Of a DNA stretch of 64,000 bases, positions 26,925 through 40,059 are shown piece after piece. The position numbers were made by a program, and so were the translations under genes. The stretch comes from Paraspadella gotoi. Taxonomy: Eukaryota > Animalia > Chaetognatha. The stretch is from the NCBI GenBank assembly GCA_051294375.1, contig CM119264.1, positions 17,496,278-17,560,277 of the forward strand. The letters are read 5' to 3'. The stretch's first letter is position 1. Each line of letters opens with the position of its first letter. The notes under the pieces were generated by a model. It saw nothing but the letters and a program-made list of their open reading frames with translations. It ran no database searches and had not been told where the DNA came from.

Positions 26925-28000
26925 TTAATATCCGTTTTTTTGCGAGATAAAAACGGAGTTCAAATATTCTTTTCCAAAACCACAAAGACCAAAACGAACT
27001 TGGCACCTGCGGAAGTAAAAGCTCTTTATTAAATTTTATGGCAAATTAGGATTCCTTTTTATATTTTATATCTAAGCTGTTATAAATTGTTTAGCTAATT
27101 AGACAATAAAAATTTAGATATAACATTATTTTATAATATATAGAGTCTAGTCGTTAACTAGAATCTTAATTTTATTTGTTAATTTAAAATTTTGGTGAGT
27201 TTGAGTGTTTTGGCTTTTAATGTTTCATTTTCCTTTTTTATTGATATTTTCCATTCTTTATGTTATTATTCATTCAATCGTTTAAAGTATGCAAAACAAT
27301 ATTTTCTTTTAATTAAATCTCTATTTTCACTTTGTTCAACAAATGAACATCAAATATCAGTGCATATTTCAGTTGATTCTATATATTTATATCGTATTTA
27401 AAATATTTATTGTTATTTAGATTCATTATTTAATTCTTTTGTCGTCTTTCTTAATGTCTTTAAATTATGATATCGAACAGATCTTTATGTCCGTTTTAAT
27501 AAAAAAAACGGAGGCCAAAATTTAGAAAATCAGATTTATTACGATGAAAGGCTAAAATCCGACGAGATGTGTACCTGCGGATTTTAAGACTCTGTAGTGA
27601 TATTTATTATGATAAAGACAAAAAAATTTGTATTTCATTATCACTAAAGGTTGAAATTGTTTTAGAAGTTAAAGAAGTATATATTTTTAATATGTGTTCT
27701 TATTATGTATGAGTTTTAGTCGTTAACTAAATTCATAAGTTTTATTTGTTAATTTAAATGTTGATAAATGTATTAGTTCTATAAAAATTTTAAATTTTTA
27801 TTTTGCCTGCTTTTTTATTTACCTTTTTTTTTCATTCATTAAACCTTTCATTCGGACGATTATCATTTAGTATGCAAATGATTTTTGTATGTTTTCAATT
27901 TTTATTTTGTTCAATAAATGAACATCAAAATTTCAATCAACATTCCTAGTAATACTATCTTGTTTTCTGTCACGTTCAAAATATTTATTATTAGCAGTTC
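26925..28000. repeat. Diverged ~560-570 bp direct tandem duplication at the 3' end of the BEL element
   Basis: Collinear shared words: tccgtttt..aaaacggag (26931/27490), acctgcgga (27005/27573), tagtcgttaacta..ttttatttgttaatttaaa (27148/27717), agtatgcaaa, ttgttcaa-aaatgaacatcaaa, aaaatatttatt. Confidence 0.8.
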
Positions 28001-31000
28001 TAAATCATTCAACTCTTCTCACGTGACCTGATTCATCAATCCACCTCGTTCAATCTACCGAGTTTCCATTCATCTGCTCGGTAAAATTTTCATCAACCAT
28101 CAAAAAGCTATTTGTCCAATTCCTAACATTCGGTTATAGTTTCTGCCATTTTTCTTCTAAGCTTTGGAGAGTTAAAAATATATTCATCTTCCATCTATTT
28201 CCAAAATTCGTCCAACTAGACCTCGTGAAACTTTTCAATCTGACCTGAGGTCCATCAACTGACGCATGAACTCGGGTGAATGACTACTGGTCGTGAACCA
28301 GTCTGCTACGCCAGGATAGAGAATATCAGCGGGGCTAATTTGGCTATGAAATCATTAAACATCAATCACTCTCTTGTGTAAGCGGTCTTAATTGTTGAGA
28401 ACGCCCCTACATGTATTAAAAAGCAGTGGTGAAGGTTTCTAGTCAAATTTTCTTTTTCAAAACTGAGTCTAAATGGCGTTTTAACAGATTGGAACCATTC
28501 TTTCCCAAATTCCACCGCGCAATGGTGGAGCATTAGGTGGTTACGAAACCCATTCAAATCCATACTCTAACAAACGATTGCTCATTTGTTCACTAAAATT
28601 CCATTCATTTATCGCCTCTTGAATTTCGAGATTTGCTTTTCGAAAATTAGTTCCGTTATCAGAGTAAATTTTGAGATCCGGGCGACGAGAATTAAATCTA
28701 ATCAAAGCATTAATAAAAGAACGAACTAGAAATATCGTCTAATACTTCAAAATGCAACTCCTCTCATTTTCAAACATGTAAAAACAACGCAAGCCATCGT
28801 TTATGTAGCGGTTCTCCCTTGTGATTTTCACTCTTGTAGGGTCCGAACATATCGAAACGCCGGTCACTTTCAAATGGTGCGCCGGCGTGGAGTCGGTCTT
28901 CCAAGGGAGTGGCGCATGCTTTTGGATTGCTGGAGGTTTAAATTCTTTTGTATCAACCAATGCATTTGCCGATGCTTTTTTGCAAGCTGTTCTTCTAAAA
29001 GCATTGGATGTGAAACTTTTTTTTTCCGTAATTCTCCGTAATCCACGTGATTTGCTCCAGCATGTACATTCAACAATATGGGTATGGTCTATCAAAATAT
29101 GCACTATTGAATCCATCCTTTGGCAAGAATGATAGGGTGTTTCTAATCATAGTCATATTTAGATTCGATTAATCTACCGCCAAATTCGCATAAGGCCGAT
29201 TTTCATCCTAAAAAATGGATTTAAATGGTCTCAAGATAAGATTTTTTCTTGAATCTAATCTTTTCTGCATTTAGGACGTTCACAACCTTTCATTCAGTTC
29301 TTTCATTTCATTCTCAAAATAAGCATTTCTGTAATGCTTTTAATAAGCATTCCGTTCAGCATTTTCTATTTCATCTAAATCGAATCTGAGAATTTTTTAG
29401 ATCGATTGTTTCTTTTTTTCAACATGTTTTCTCAGAAACTTATTGAGAGGGCGATTTCGTCTCAGTTTCCCCTGGTGGTATCGTTCGATCTTTTTCCAAT
29501 TTGGATCGTCCAGTGGTTCAATCTTTTCCATCTGTTGCATTCATTACAATTCAATATTGGTAAGCATTCAACATTCATTGTCATATGGTAGCTGGATCCA
29601 TGGGTATTTTCTGAATTTGGCGCATTCCTTCTTCAGGAAAGTGTAAGCACAAATCAGGACCTTTGTGGAATCGTTCCGCATTTCTTGGTCTTCAAACATT
29701 GAGACCTGCGCTGCAGTCGTCAGCAGGATTGAAGGTTAGTTGGAACATACTTCCAATCTTCGATGTTGGAGATTTCATGTACGTGATAAACGATTTGAAA
29801 AAAGGTGTAAATCGTGGTTTTGTGATCACGTATTTGTTTCAGAACCGGTTTCACTATCTGTTCCACATCACAATTCGTTTCAAACTTGTCATTCGTACAT
29901 TCTTCATAATCATTTGCCGGATTTCACATGCTAATCTGGCAGCTGTCAGTTCCAGTTGGATCGAGTTATGATGGCCCGCTCTTAGGAATCTAAAGGCGTT
30001 ACCTTTGATTTTGACAAGAGAAAGCTTAGTGGGGTTTAACCCCCGCCGTTTGGAAGCTGTTCTCCGGTAAACAGAAACACCATAACCATCCATTGAAAGC
30101 ATACAAAAACATGCAAATTGCTGGCAGGAGAATTTGTAGTTTCTGGCGTTGCTATCCATCTGGGGATTTTCACTTCTTCCAGTTTTGGAAGTTGAATCTT
30201 TCCATTCATTCACTTCTTTGCATCATCTTTCGGTATGGGTTTATCCAATGCTAATTCAAGGGCATCGTGATTTTCCTGTAATAAAATTCTGCCTTCAGTT
30301 GTGAAGGGAGAAACTAACCCTAAAGGGATCAAATAGAGACTTGGCAAGTAAGATAGGCAAGTTGTCTCTTTGGTCTTAGACGATTCTTTCTGCAGTTTTT
30401 CTTTGTTCACTCTAAAAATGAAAATGAATCCATCACCATAATCAAAATCCAACACCCCAAAATTTTCTCAGTCACTACCAAAGGTTGACAACATCTGGGA
30501 TGGATCTCTTGGTCCAAGGTAAGAACTTGGGCGCTTTTTTGTCTAATTCTTTTAAGCACTTTTGGGTCAGTGCACTTCCTATTTTCCGATTCGAATCCAC
30601 CTCTTGCCATCGCCTCGGTCAAGCCCTCTTTGAGCTTTCTGGCTTTTTCAGCGTCTGGATGGATTGGATGAAGTCGTCCACCATAGAACGAGCTCAGGAT
30701 GCTTTGTACGCACATCATCTTGGGAACACTCCACGAGCGATTGCGGCAATGGTAATGCAGGCATAATTGGCTACTACTGGAGAAGAAGTTGCGCCAAAGA
30801 TGTGCACTTTTTCATTCAATACAAAGCAATTTCGTACATTCAGGACTTCCCACCACCAGTATCTTAAAACAGAAAGCGTCATTCTCATCTACATGGATTG
30901 GTGGAAAAACCATCTTGATGTCAGCACTCATGGCAATTTTCATGACGTCGGAACGAAGTTAGAATGCCAATAAGAATTATTCATCAAGTCAAGGAACCAG

Positions 31001-34000
31001 TCAGTAATTCATCATTCAAACTCTTGGCCTTTTACAGCAGAAGCGGGCATTCATGCAAACACGTACTTTATCTTTGTCTTTTCGGATAGAAATGACTAAA
31101 GGTAGATTCCATTGGGGATGCGCGTCTTCAGTCTCAACAATGTTCACTTTTTGGACATTCCAGCATCGATTTCTCCTTTTTCATTCTTCCCAAACAACGA
31201 GCTTCGATTTCAGGATCTTGTTAGGCTTTTTCATCAAGAATTGCAGTCTGTTCAGCAGCGGCGGCAAATTTGAATCTTCGTTTGTTTAAAACTCGGCCCG
31301 CTTTTCCATTCCTGTTCTCCAAGGAAGACGCAACGACATAATGGCCTAATGTCAGGGTCAAATCTAATACGATTTTCGAATTTGATGCTCGCATATTCGT
31401 CACTAAAGAAGGCTGTTCTTAGTACTCAGGGTTCATCTCAAAATCTTGTGAGAAACAATCTTTTGATATCTTTCCCCTAATGGTTTGTTCATCCCTTCTT
31501 CCAGAAATTCAGCAGTCATCTCTTGCCAATCCAATCGGTCTTAATCCACACTTTGACGGGGACCGATTAATGTCCATCCAAAAATCGGTTTTCAATTCCA
31601 ATAGGAAGGCCTCATCTCCTCGTCTAAAATTTCTCTTCTCACATTTGTTCCATGTAGTAAGGCCATGTGAGCGGGAAGGAGGACTTCAATTTCCTATGGT
31701 CTACATTCATAAAAAGATAGCATCCTCGAGATGAGGCATGTCCTTGACTTCATCTTTAGTTGGTGGGTCTGTCGTCTCACTTGTCCAGAAGATCTCCAAC
31801 TACACATTTTCCTCATAGTGATGGACATATCGTTCTAGATTTTCTAAGTTATGTCAACAAATTTGTTTCTCAGCTACATGTTCAACCGAATCATAAAGAT
31901 CTAATTTTCATGGTTTTTTCCAGTAGTTTCGATGCCTAAGACTTCTCACAACACTTTTCTTCTTTATCACACATCATTGCATCCAGTGTCAATCATAGCC
32001 GCAAGTCGGTTTTTCAATCCATTCCAATTCATATCACCACAGTACAACAGGCCCGGATGAACGACTCACCGGAAGTTGATTGCTGCAGCTAGTCAACTCG
32101 ACATTGCTGGAGGCGCTGTAGCCGTCGCGTCGACAAGAAGCAAGAAAAATATATTAGATAAGGAATAACAAAAGAAAAACAAAATATAGTCATAAAAAAT
32201 AACCGACAATAGCAACAACAACAGAAACATCACCGCAAAAAGCCGAGAAATCAAATGATAACGCAACGAACCAGTAGGAAAATAAATACCTATGTGTGTA
32301 TAGAGGTAGTGTTTGTCCAAATCAAATGCTTTCTTCAGCAGGACCAAATTACGCAGTGGTTGCGACATCGGCTGGCTCGACCGATCGCCAACAAGAGAAA
32401 CCAGCCTCAACATGAACGCCACTGCACTGCTGCTAGCTTGAAGGAACGCCGACCATACGCTAAGGGCATCGATAAGTTGTGTTTTGGTTATTAAAGTTTC
32501 AGAGTAAGTAAAGTTGTGGTAAAAGTGAAGTTTTTTGTGTTGAGTGTTTGGCGACGGCGGCGTCCTGCATCAAAAAGCCCGGCAGCAGCAGTGAGTCGCG
32601 TCATGTTGAGGCTGGTGTTTCTCGTGGTGGTGATTCGGGTTAGAGCCGGCCGATGTCGCAACCACTTTAGCGTATGTATCGGGTCCCTCGTCTTGGGGAA
32701 AAAGATGTAGCATCGTGCATGATAGTGTGGTGGACCCATAACAGACATACAAGCCTCTTTGGTTCAGTGCATTGTTTCGCATGTGTTCTTATCCAAACAT
32801 CTAAAACACAAGCCATTTCGTTCATCACATCAATCTTTCCGTCCTTTGAAAAGTTTTTTGAAAGTAGAAACAAGTCTCTAGATAATGCCATTCATTACAG
32901 GCAAGGGCAGCATCTATGCCATTACATCACTCACATGATTCAAGGCAACATTCGTCTCTTCAACCTTTCATCCTTTCGGATGGACGAGAGGGTGGAGGTG
33001 GTGGATCCGCTGAGTAGTCCTTGAAGACTTGATCGTGCGTCGCTTTCCCCCGCCGTTGGAATTCGGGAGCCGATTCGTTGACGTTTGATTGGCGGCGACG
33101 TCGACCGTAACCTTCTTCCTTTTGTTTAGTAGGCGCCCTTTTCGTTAAATGATATCTTTTTTCTTGGAGATAGCGATGAAGTCGTCCGAAGTTTCAGTTT
33201 TTTTCCATGATCGTATTGATGGTCGGCGTTCCTTTTTCGCGAAGTCGGTCTTCACAAGAAGTCGCAGCGGGTCTCCAAGATCTCGTTGATCACCGTGTCC
33301 CTGTCCAAATTCTTTGCCTTTGCCGTTTTGCTCAGCGCAGGGCTTTGATGTTCTCCAAGTTCGGTAGTCAGCTTGTCGAGTTTCCACTTTGTTCCCAGGA
33401 ATTAAAATCTTCGAGTTTGTTCAACACCTCTTTTCAACATGTCATGGATGGCTTGCATTTTTCTTACCGTATTCCTTCCAGAGAGTTTTCCAGCGCATCC
33501 TTGATGTTTTCATCGAACTCTCTTCACGATGAATTTGTTGGTTTCATCTCGGCCAATCCGGTGAACATGGTTCAATTTCTTGTTAACTTGACTTGATCAT
33601 TTGCTTCAGCTGTTCCATCACTCTGCTCATAACGCTCTCATATGCATTTCAAACACCAGGTCTGAGGGTACATTCTCGCCAAGAGAAAGCTTCTTGGCGT
33701 TCACTGTTCCAGCGGTTCTGAGCATGGAGTCCTTCTTCTTGTTGTTTGATCCACAGTGCCCATGACGGAAATGCACGTCGGAGAGGAAGGTAGCTGTTCG
33801 TCGTCGGTGTTGGAGGCAGGAGAAGGTGAGCAGTAGAAGAGTGCGGTTGTAAGCAGGGCTGGAGTTGAGGAGCGCGGTTCGGAGTAATGTCGCGAGTTGT
33901 GGTGGCCTCCAAAGCTCCCCCCCTGCTTGCTTTCTCTATTCAGTTTTGAGTCAGCTCCTGGACTGAATTTTCTAGCCGGCGAATCCTTGCTTTCTTGCCT

Positions 34001-35800
34001 TGCTCAGGTCATCTTCGTGTTTGGACGCAGCAATCTTCTACTTCGACCATCGCCTTAATCTTTGACCGTTTCCGTTAAATCGATAAGACGTTCGTTGATA
34101 CTCCTTATTGCTCTTCTCAAATTCGGTGCCATTTCCATTCTTTAAAACATCATTCTCAGTAGAGGGAAGTCCGGCGTTCCTTTTTTATGGTGCTTGTAGT
34201 AGGTTGGTCCGCAAGCACGGTACAAGCCTCCATTATATAACTGAGCTTTTCTTTCCATTTCTTCGTTAATATTTTTTCATAGCCTTGTTCTTGGATTTCA
34301 TTCATTTGTAGCATTTTCTTTTTCCATCTCCTTTTCCATTTCTATTTTTCTTTTCGATTTCCTGGTTGTATCTTTCTTCTTGTTTTCCTCTTTTCTTCTT
34401 TGATCAGAGTCAGTTTCTTGTTGTCCTTGCTCAAAAAATTACGGAACGTTTGATCGTCCCATGACATTTCTCTTCGTCCTGGATGGGCCTTGTTATCTCG
34501 TACTCAGGGCCGGAGTCTTCATCCTCTGAAAACATCATTCTGTTGAAGCATCATTCTGGCGTTAAAATACCCGCATCAATCATGCTTCAAGCTTCCTCAG
34601 TTGCATCATGGCGTTTCTTTCGGTGCCGTCTCAGCATCATTTCATTCTTTCGCTTGCTGCTCATTCAACTTCGGCTCTCTTGGGAGGTGGCACATTACGG
34701 GCGCTTAACGGACTTAATATTAGCCATGTTTGACGCTCTTATTTGAGGCATCCCGTGTTGGATAGATCCCGGGGGGATAACTACCTTGGATCATCTTGAT
34801 TTGGCCAACTCTTTTGATTGACTAGAAACTTCATTCTTCGATTAGCAGTGATGGCTTCAGGAGTTTCGGGCTTGAAGATAGCGTCAAAATCATCCGCGCC
34901 AAAGGTGCACGTGTCATGGCTAATCCTTGCGGGAGTTAAATCAATTCATGTTGATGCGAGCGTATCCTCTCGAGTTCAGCGAGAAGACATCGTTCAAATA
35001 TGAAATACAAGAAGAAATTTCAATTAAAGAGAGCAAGGGGAAGCTCAAATCATCATAATCAGTATTTAATGAATTGCAAAGTTACTTAGGCGGAATGTTT
35101 CAATTCGTAAATTAAAATATTCTTGAACGAAATTCGAATCACAAAAATTTTTCGTTAAAAAAATGAGTGAATTTGAAATATCTTGCCTAAGTAGAACTTT
35201 GACAAGAGGCGAACGGCACAAAGCAAACAAATGAACATTAATCTCAATCATTATTCATCGAATATCAATCACTAAATCAGCTAATCGATTCAATAAATCA
35301 ATACATTAATCAACAAAATCATCGTCAATTAGCTATCATGCAATCAATTAATCAATCAATCAATCATCATCGATCAGACTCACCCTTTTGGATTGATGTT
35401 TTCTCCGTTCAAAGGATTCCGTTGTCAAGCTTGGAAACAAATTTAAGTTAATCCAAAAACAATCAGCAAAACCAACTCACCTTTCGAAGCCGTATGTATA
35501 CTTTCTTACTGTAGAGAGCTTGGCTTCTCACCGCCTCTTGAGGTGAGGATGGTCCATTGGTAGCAACCTTATCTGACGAAAAGTATCCCAACGTTTCTGT
35601 AACTGAAGCTCAAGTCGCAAAACAGAATGAAATGCGGAATAAATGTAAAATAAATGTAATAAAATGTAAGACAAAATCCGTAGAGAAAATCGAGATCAAA
35701 TCGAGATGAATCATAATCGTAGAAGGAATGCATAAAATCGTAGAAGAATCTCAGTAAAACGTAGTAGAAACTTTGTAAGAAAGTAGTTGTCGTCTAGAGT
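27930..35800 (-). mobile_element. BEL/Pao LTR retrotransposon (gag-PR-RT-RH-IN), many frameshifts; LTR pair not identified
   Basis: Motifs in order on the minus strand, several bridged across indels: gag knuckle GLCFRCL..HAKQC (~32820-32760), protease AMIDTGC (~32000), RT KVHIFGATSSPVVANYA (~30810-30760) and SFY[V]DDFI (~30690-30665), DPLGLVSPF (~30330), RNase H HVF.DAS..GYG (~30110), LELTAA (~29950), NPADDCS (~29720), integrase IYSDNGTNF (~28670-28645), PPNAP (~28535), WKLGR..GHVRRV (~28070-28015). Outer limits are approximate. Confidence 0.92.
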
Positions 35801-36010
35801 GATCCAGTGATCTAAATTCTGTCTTGTTTTGGTCTCGTTCCAAGTAAGTTGGAGAAGGAGAGAGAGAAAAAGAGAGAGAGGGAGAGAAAAAGAGAGAGAG
35901 GGAGAGAAAGAGTGGAGAAAGAGTCCGGTCAGTTCTGTCCGGTCGATCGTTAATCGGTGATTGGAATGCAGATCTGGCCCGTCTCCGTCGGTTCTCGGCC
36001 TTTTCTCTTC

Positions 36011-36053
<43 letters not shown>

Positions 36054-36248
36054 CTCTCTCTCTCCATCATTTTTTTTTCTCTCGCCTATCTCAGGCTTTT
36101 CAAAAAGCTTAATTTTCAGTTTTTCTCCGTCGTTCTTTTTTTCTTTTTCTTTTTCAACCTCCTTTTGTTCTTCCTTCTCTCTCTCTCTCTCACATGTCTC
36201 CGCTCGTCTTTGNNNNNNNNNNNNNNNNNNNNNNNNNCTGAGAAGAGA

Positions 36249-36326
<78 letters not shown>

Positions 36327-36757
36327 TGTGTGCGAGATTTTACGCGGCGCGGGATGTGTTGATAAATGGCAAACATGGCATTGGTAGATATAAGGCGCTT
36401 TTCTTTTTGAGGCGTAAATAGTGTTCAAAGCCAAAGAGAGAAAAGCAGCACAAGAGAGAAGAGAGAGAGAGATGAAGAGAGAGAGGAGACTTTCTTTCTT
36501 TTTTTTTTCTCTCTCTCTCTCTCTCAGCCACCACCTTCTTCCTTTTCCCCGCCCAGACTCATCCAATCGAGGGCCGTCCTCGTCTTGCGGCAAGCGGTTC
36601 CCATTATGCCGCATGCCGCACCTATTCTTCCTCCCCTTACCGCACCCATTACGCCGCATGCGGCAGCCATTTGGTCGACGCCGAAAACCCATAGTTTTGG
36701 GTGATCACTTCGGTGGCTCGTCTTCAAAAGGGGGCCTGATTGAAGCGCTTATGGAGG

Positions 36758-36879
<122 letters not shown>

Positions 36880-37023
36880 ATGGACGCGGCGTCGCTCCGA
36901 CTTCCGGAAGCATCAGTCACGCGCCTCCATCAGCGAAGGAGACTGCGGTTTCGGGACCCCATTAATGAAGAACGGAGACTTTTAATTGAGGATTCCACAA
37001 TCGAGGAGTTCGAGGTGCGTTGA

Positions 37024-37107
37024 GTGAAGAGACGAGATAAACTTATGTTCGGTGAAGAGACGAGATAAACTTATGTTCAGTGAAGAGACGAGATGGACTT
37101 ATGTTCC
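37024..37107. repeat. 28-bp minisatellite, 3 copies
   Basis: gtgaagagacgagataaacttatgttc(g/a) repeated. Confidence 0.9.
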
Positions 37108-38302
37108 AAGTTTACCAAGAATCGTTCAAAACCAAAAGGCGTCGTGTTTTATACAAAGAGAAGAAAAGTTCCACCTTGGGGCCGCGTTTGTACTTCATGT
37201 CTGAAGACTTCGTTAAAAGTTTGTTTTTTTTCCTTTTGGTTTATGAGAAAATCGTAATAAAATAATAATAAAATACAATGAATAAAATGATGCAAGTAGG
37301 AAAAAATTCCTGCCAATAAAGTTATATCTCGGTCATCATAACATAAGCAGCAAGAAGACTTCCATTTCGCCGAGAGAGCTTGCGAAAAATGAGAATTGAG
37401 CTGTCGGGGACCGGAGGAAGGAACATCAATTAGGACGCTGATCTGGATAGATGACGCTCGACTGCGTTAGTGTCTGCACTTGAGCCTAGAATTCTGAAAT
37501 GAATGAATTAGGGCAGACTGCGTTAGTGCGAGAAATTGAGCCGACAATTGTTTAATCAATATGAAAAAAGACGACTGGTTTAAAAATGTTAAGTAGAACC
37601 CAAATTTTTTAGTAAAATAAGATAGTAGTAATCTGACCCATTAATGAATTATAATTAATTAATGAATTATAATTTTATTTAATTTTTTTTTTTAATGAAA
37701 TAAAAACTGAAAAGCCGAGACAAAGTCGGATAATAAAGCAGAAATACGACAGGAATTAGCGAAGGCAGAATCTGCGGATGCAAACATCGTTGTGAAGCCG
37801 ATTATCACGGTTATCGCTCTCGCCTTCTTTTTCACTCCTTGTCTCTCCTCATCCTCATCCATTGTTCTTTTTTTTTCCTCCGCGTTCTCGTCGCTGGCAA
37901 TATTCCTCCCATTAATTTCGTCGCCAGAGGGGGGCAGAGCGCGGGCGCCGACTTTCCATCTCTCCCCGATTCTCAACGTTCCCCTCTGACGATCCCTTTC
38001 GCTTAACACCACTCTACATATATTTTTTTCTTCGGCGAGTGTTTAAAGTTTTTCTTCTTCGAGAATCGAGGTAATGTTTTTTTTTTTGTTTTTATAAAAA
38101 AAAATATTGCCCCATACCCATATTAATGATTTTAATACCGTGCTATTATATAGCAGAAAAATAGAATTCCTTCTTTTAATGCGAAAAGGAATGAGGGTCC
38201 CTTCTTTTCCTTTCATCACCAACCAAATTTAAATCGAAAGCTTTACTGGATCCAGTGGGTCATGATTCTACTTGTTTTTCTCTCTTTCTCGGTCGACTTT
38301 AG

Positions 38303-38356
38303 TACAAAACCGTTACATAAACCGTTACATAAACCGTTACAAAACCGTTACATAAA
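38303..38356. repeat. 12-bp tandem repeat, ~4 copies
   Basis: aaccgttaca(t/a)a repeated. Confidence 0.85.
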
Positions 38357-38666
38357 GGCCAAAAAAGGATGGGATCTATAAAATTGGAGTCTCTTTATTT
38401 TTCCTTGCGTCGTTTTTTTCGAAGTCCAAAGAATTTCTGAGAAAAAAAAAAAAAGTTGTTTACTTGCCAAAGGGGCATCATTTAAAAATTTCGAAGCAAT
38501 GTCGTAAATTGTATCTTATTGTATTATATTACATGATTATACATTACATAAGTAATGGCCTTCTAGCGTGACTGCGATCAAATCCTGCTCAATTCCATCA
38601 CATGCCACGGAATCTCGTCCGTCGAGGTTTCCGTTCCATTTCTCAAATTTTTCACTCTCCCCTTGC

Positions 38667-38724
<58 letters not shown>

Positions 38725-40020
38725 TTCTCTCTCTCTTCTCTTCTCTCTCTCTTCTCTCTCTCTGCTCTCTCCTCTCTCTCTCTCTCTCTGATCTCTCGAT
38801 CTCTCTCTCTATCTCTCTCTCTGCTCTAAAGAAAACCACACGCTCGCCAACCAATTCATCCTTCCATATGAAACTGCGCGTTTGACTCCCCCACTCCCCA
38901 CTCACCACTCCCCACTCTCCACTCTCCACTCCCCACCCCACAATCCCCAGTCTCCCCTCACCCAGGCCGTGAAATCGCCGAAAGGGGAGCGGCTGCGGCG
39001 GCGGCGGCGGCGGCGGCGGCGGCCAGCAAGAAAAGCGCAATGCTCTCGGTATTTTTCGGTCGACGGCGGCGAAGTTGTGATGGATGGTCGTCTGTTATTG
39101 GTGGGAACCGTCGGTCCCTGGCGATATTAAGGCTTCGAACTTCGAACCCCGAATCTCCAACGATTTCCTCTCTTTCTCGCGCACGTCCGCCGACGATTTC
39201 GAGGCTTCCTCCTCGGACGCCGTCTCGGACCCATCCTCGTTCGCCCCTTCTCCACGCCCTCAGATAAACCGGCCTCCAATAAACTATGCCATTCTCGCGA
39301 CCAAGACAATTTCTAGCCAGTTCCACCCTTGCGACATTTTTTTTTTCTAGGAGAAGAACTAATCTCGTTTGTTCGTCTCACATCACCGCCTTTTTTCGAT
39401 CGTAAACTTCAATAGCTTTCCTGATGATACGCGATTTATAAACGACCTTTAAATTTTGTCCCCATCCCGCTAAACTTTTCCTTCAAAGATACGCCACTCT
39501 TTCCACCTCTCCCCTCCACTGTTCCACAACGCCCTCCCGCGGGGGTCACCATTTTTTCGTGCCCCGTAACCATCAATCCTTGACGGTTTCGCTCCAGTTT
39601 CGCGACCCGACGGCGATTCGTACCCTTCGCCTGCTCGCCGCGTCGTCGGCGGATGAAACAATTTTCCCCGCATTTCTCCGCCATGTCCGTGTGCGCGTTT
39701 GGTCAGGAGTTCGGGAACTGTCTGTTTTTCCTTCTTTCTTTTCCTCTCTTTCTCTCTTTCTCTTTCTCCCTCTCTCCTGTCCCTTTTTCAACGCGTTCGA
39801 CCAATGTGGCGTCTCTTCTCCATTTCGCCTTTAATGCTCGGCTCCACCCCCGAATCCCTCTCCTCCTCCTCCGCCCGCCGACGATCCTTCCCCGCAGCCC
39901 GACCGGCCCCACTTCATGATCATGGGCCTTTTGTGGAGGAAGAGAAAGAATGGGACAAAAGACTTCAGTAACTTGGCGCAGCGTGAGAGAGAAAGAGAGC
40001 AGAGAGGAGAGACGAGAGAT

Positions 40021-40059
<39 letters not shown>

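Noticed and set aside
35800-36100. 5' LTR of the BEL element
   Set aside because: The position is plausible, but no matching 3' copy or PBS was found near 26500-26900.
38958-39350. GC-rich minus-strand open frames ending at a gtgagg donor
   Set aside because: The frame is ambiguous, dominated by a (GCC)n tract, and it cannot fit between the two phase-0 exons without breaking the Ig motif.
39898-39982. Possible plus-strand exon PDRPHFMIMGLLWRKRKNGTKDFSNLAQ (nested antisense gene)
   Set aside because: Cannot be chained to other exons; such short AG..GT frames arise by chance.
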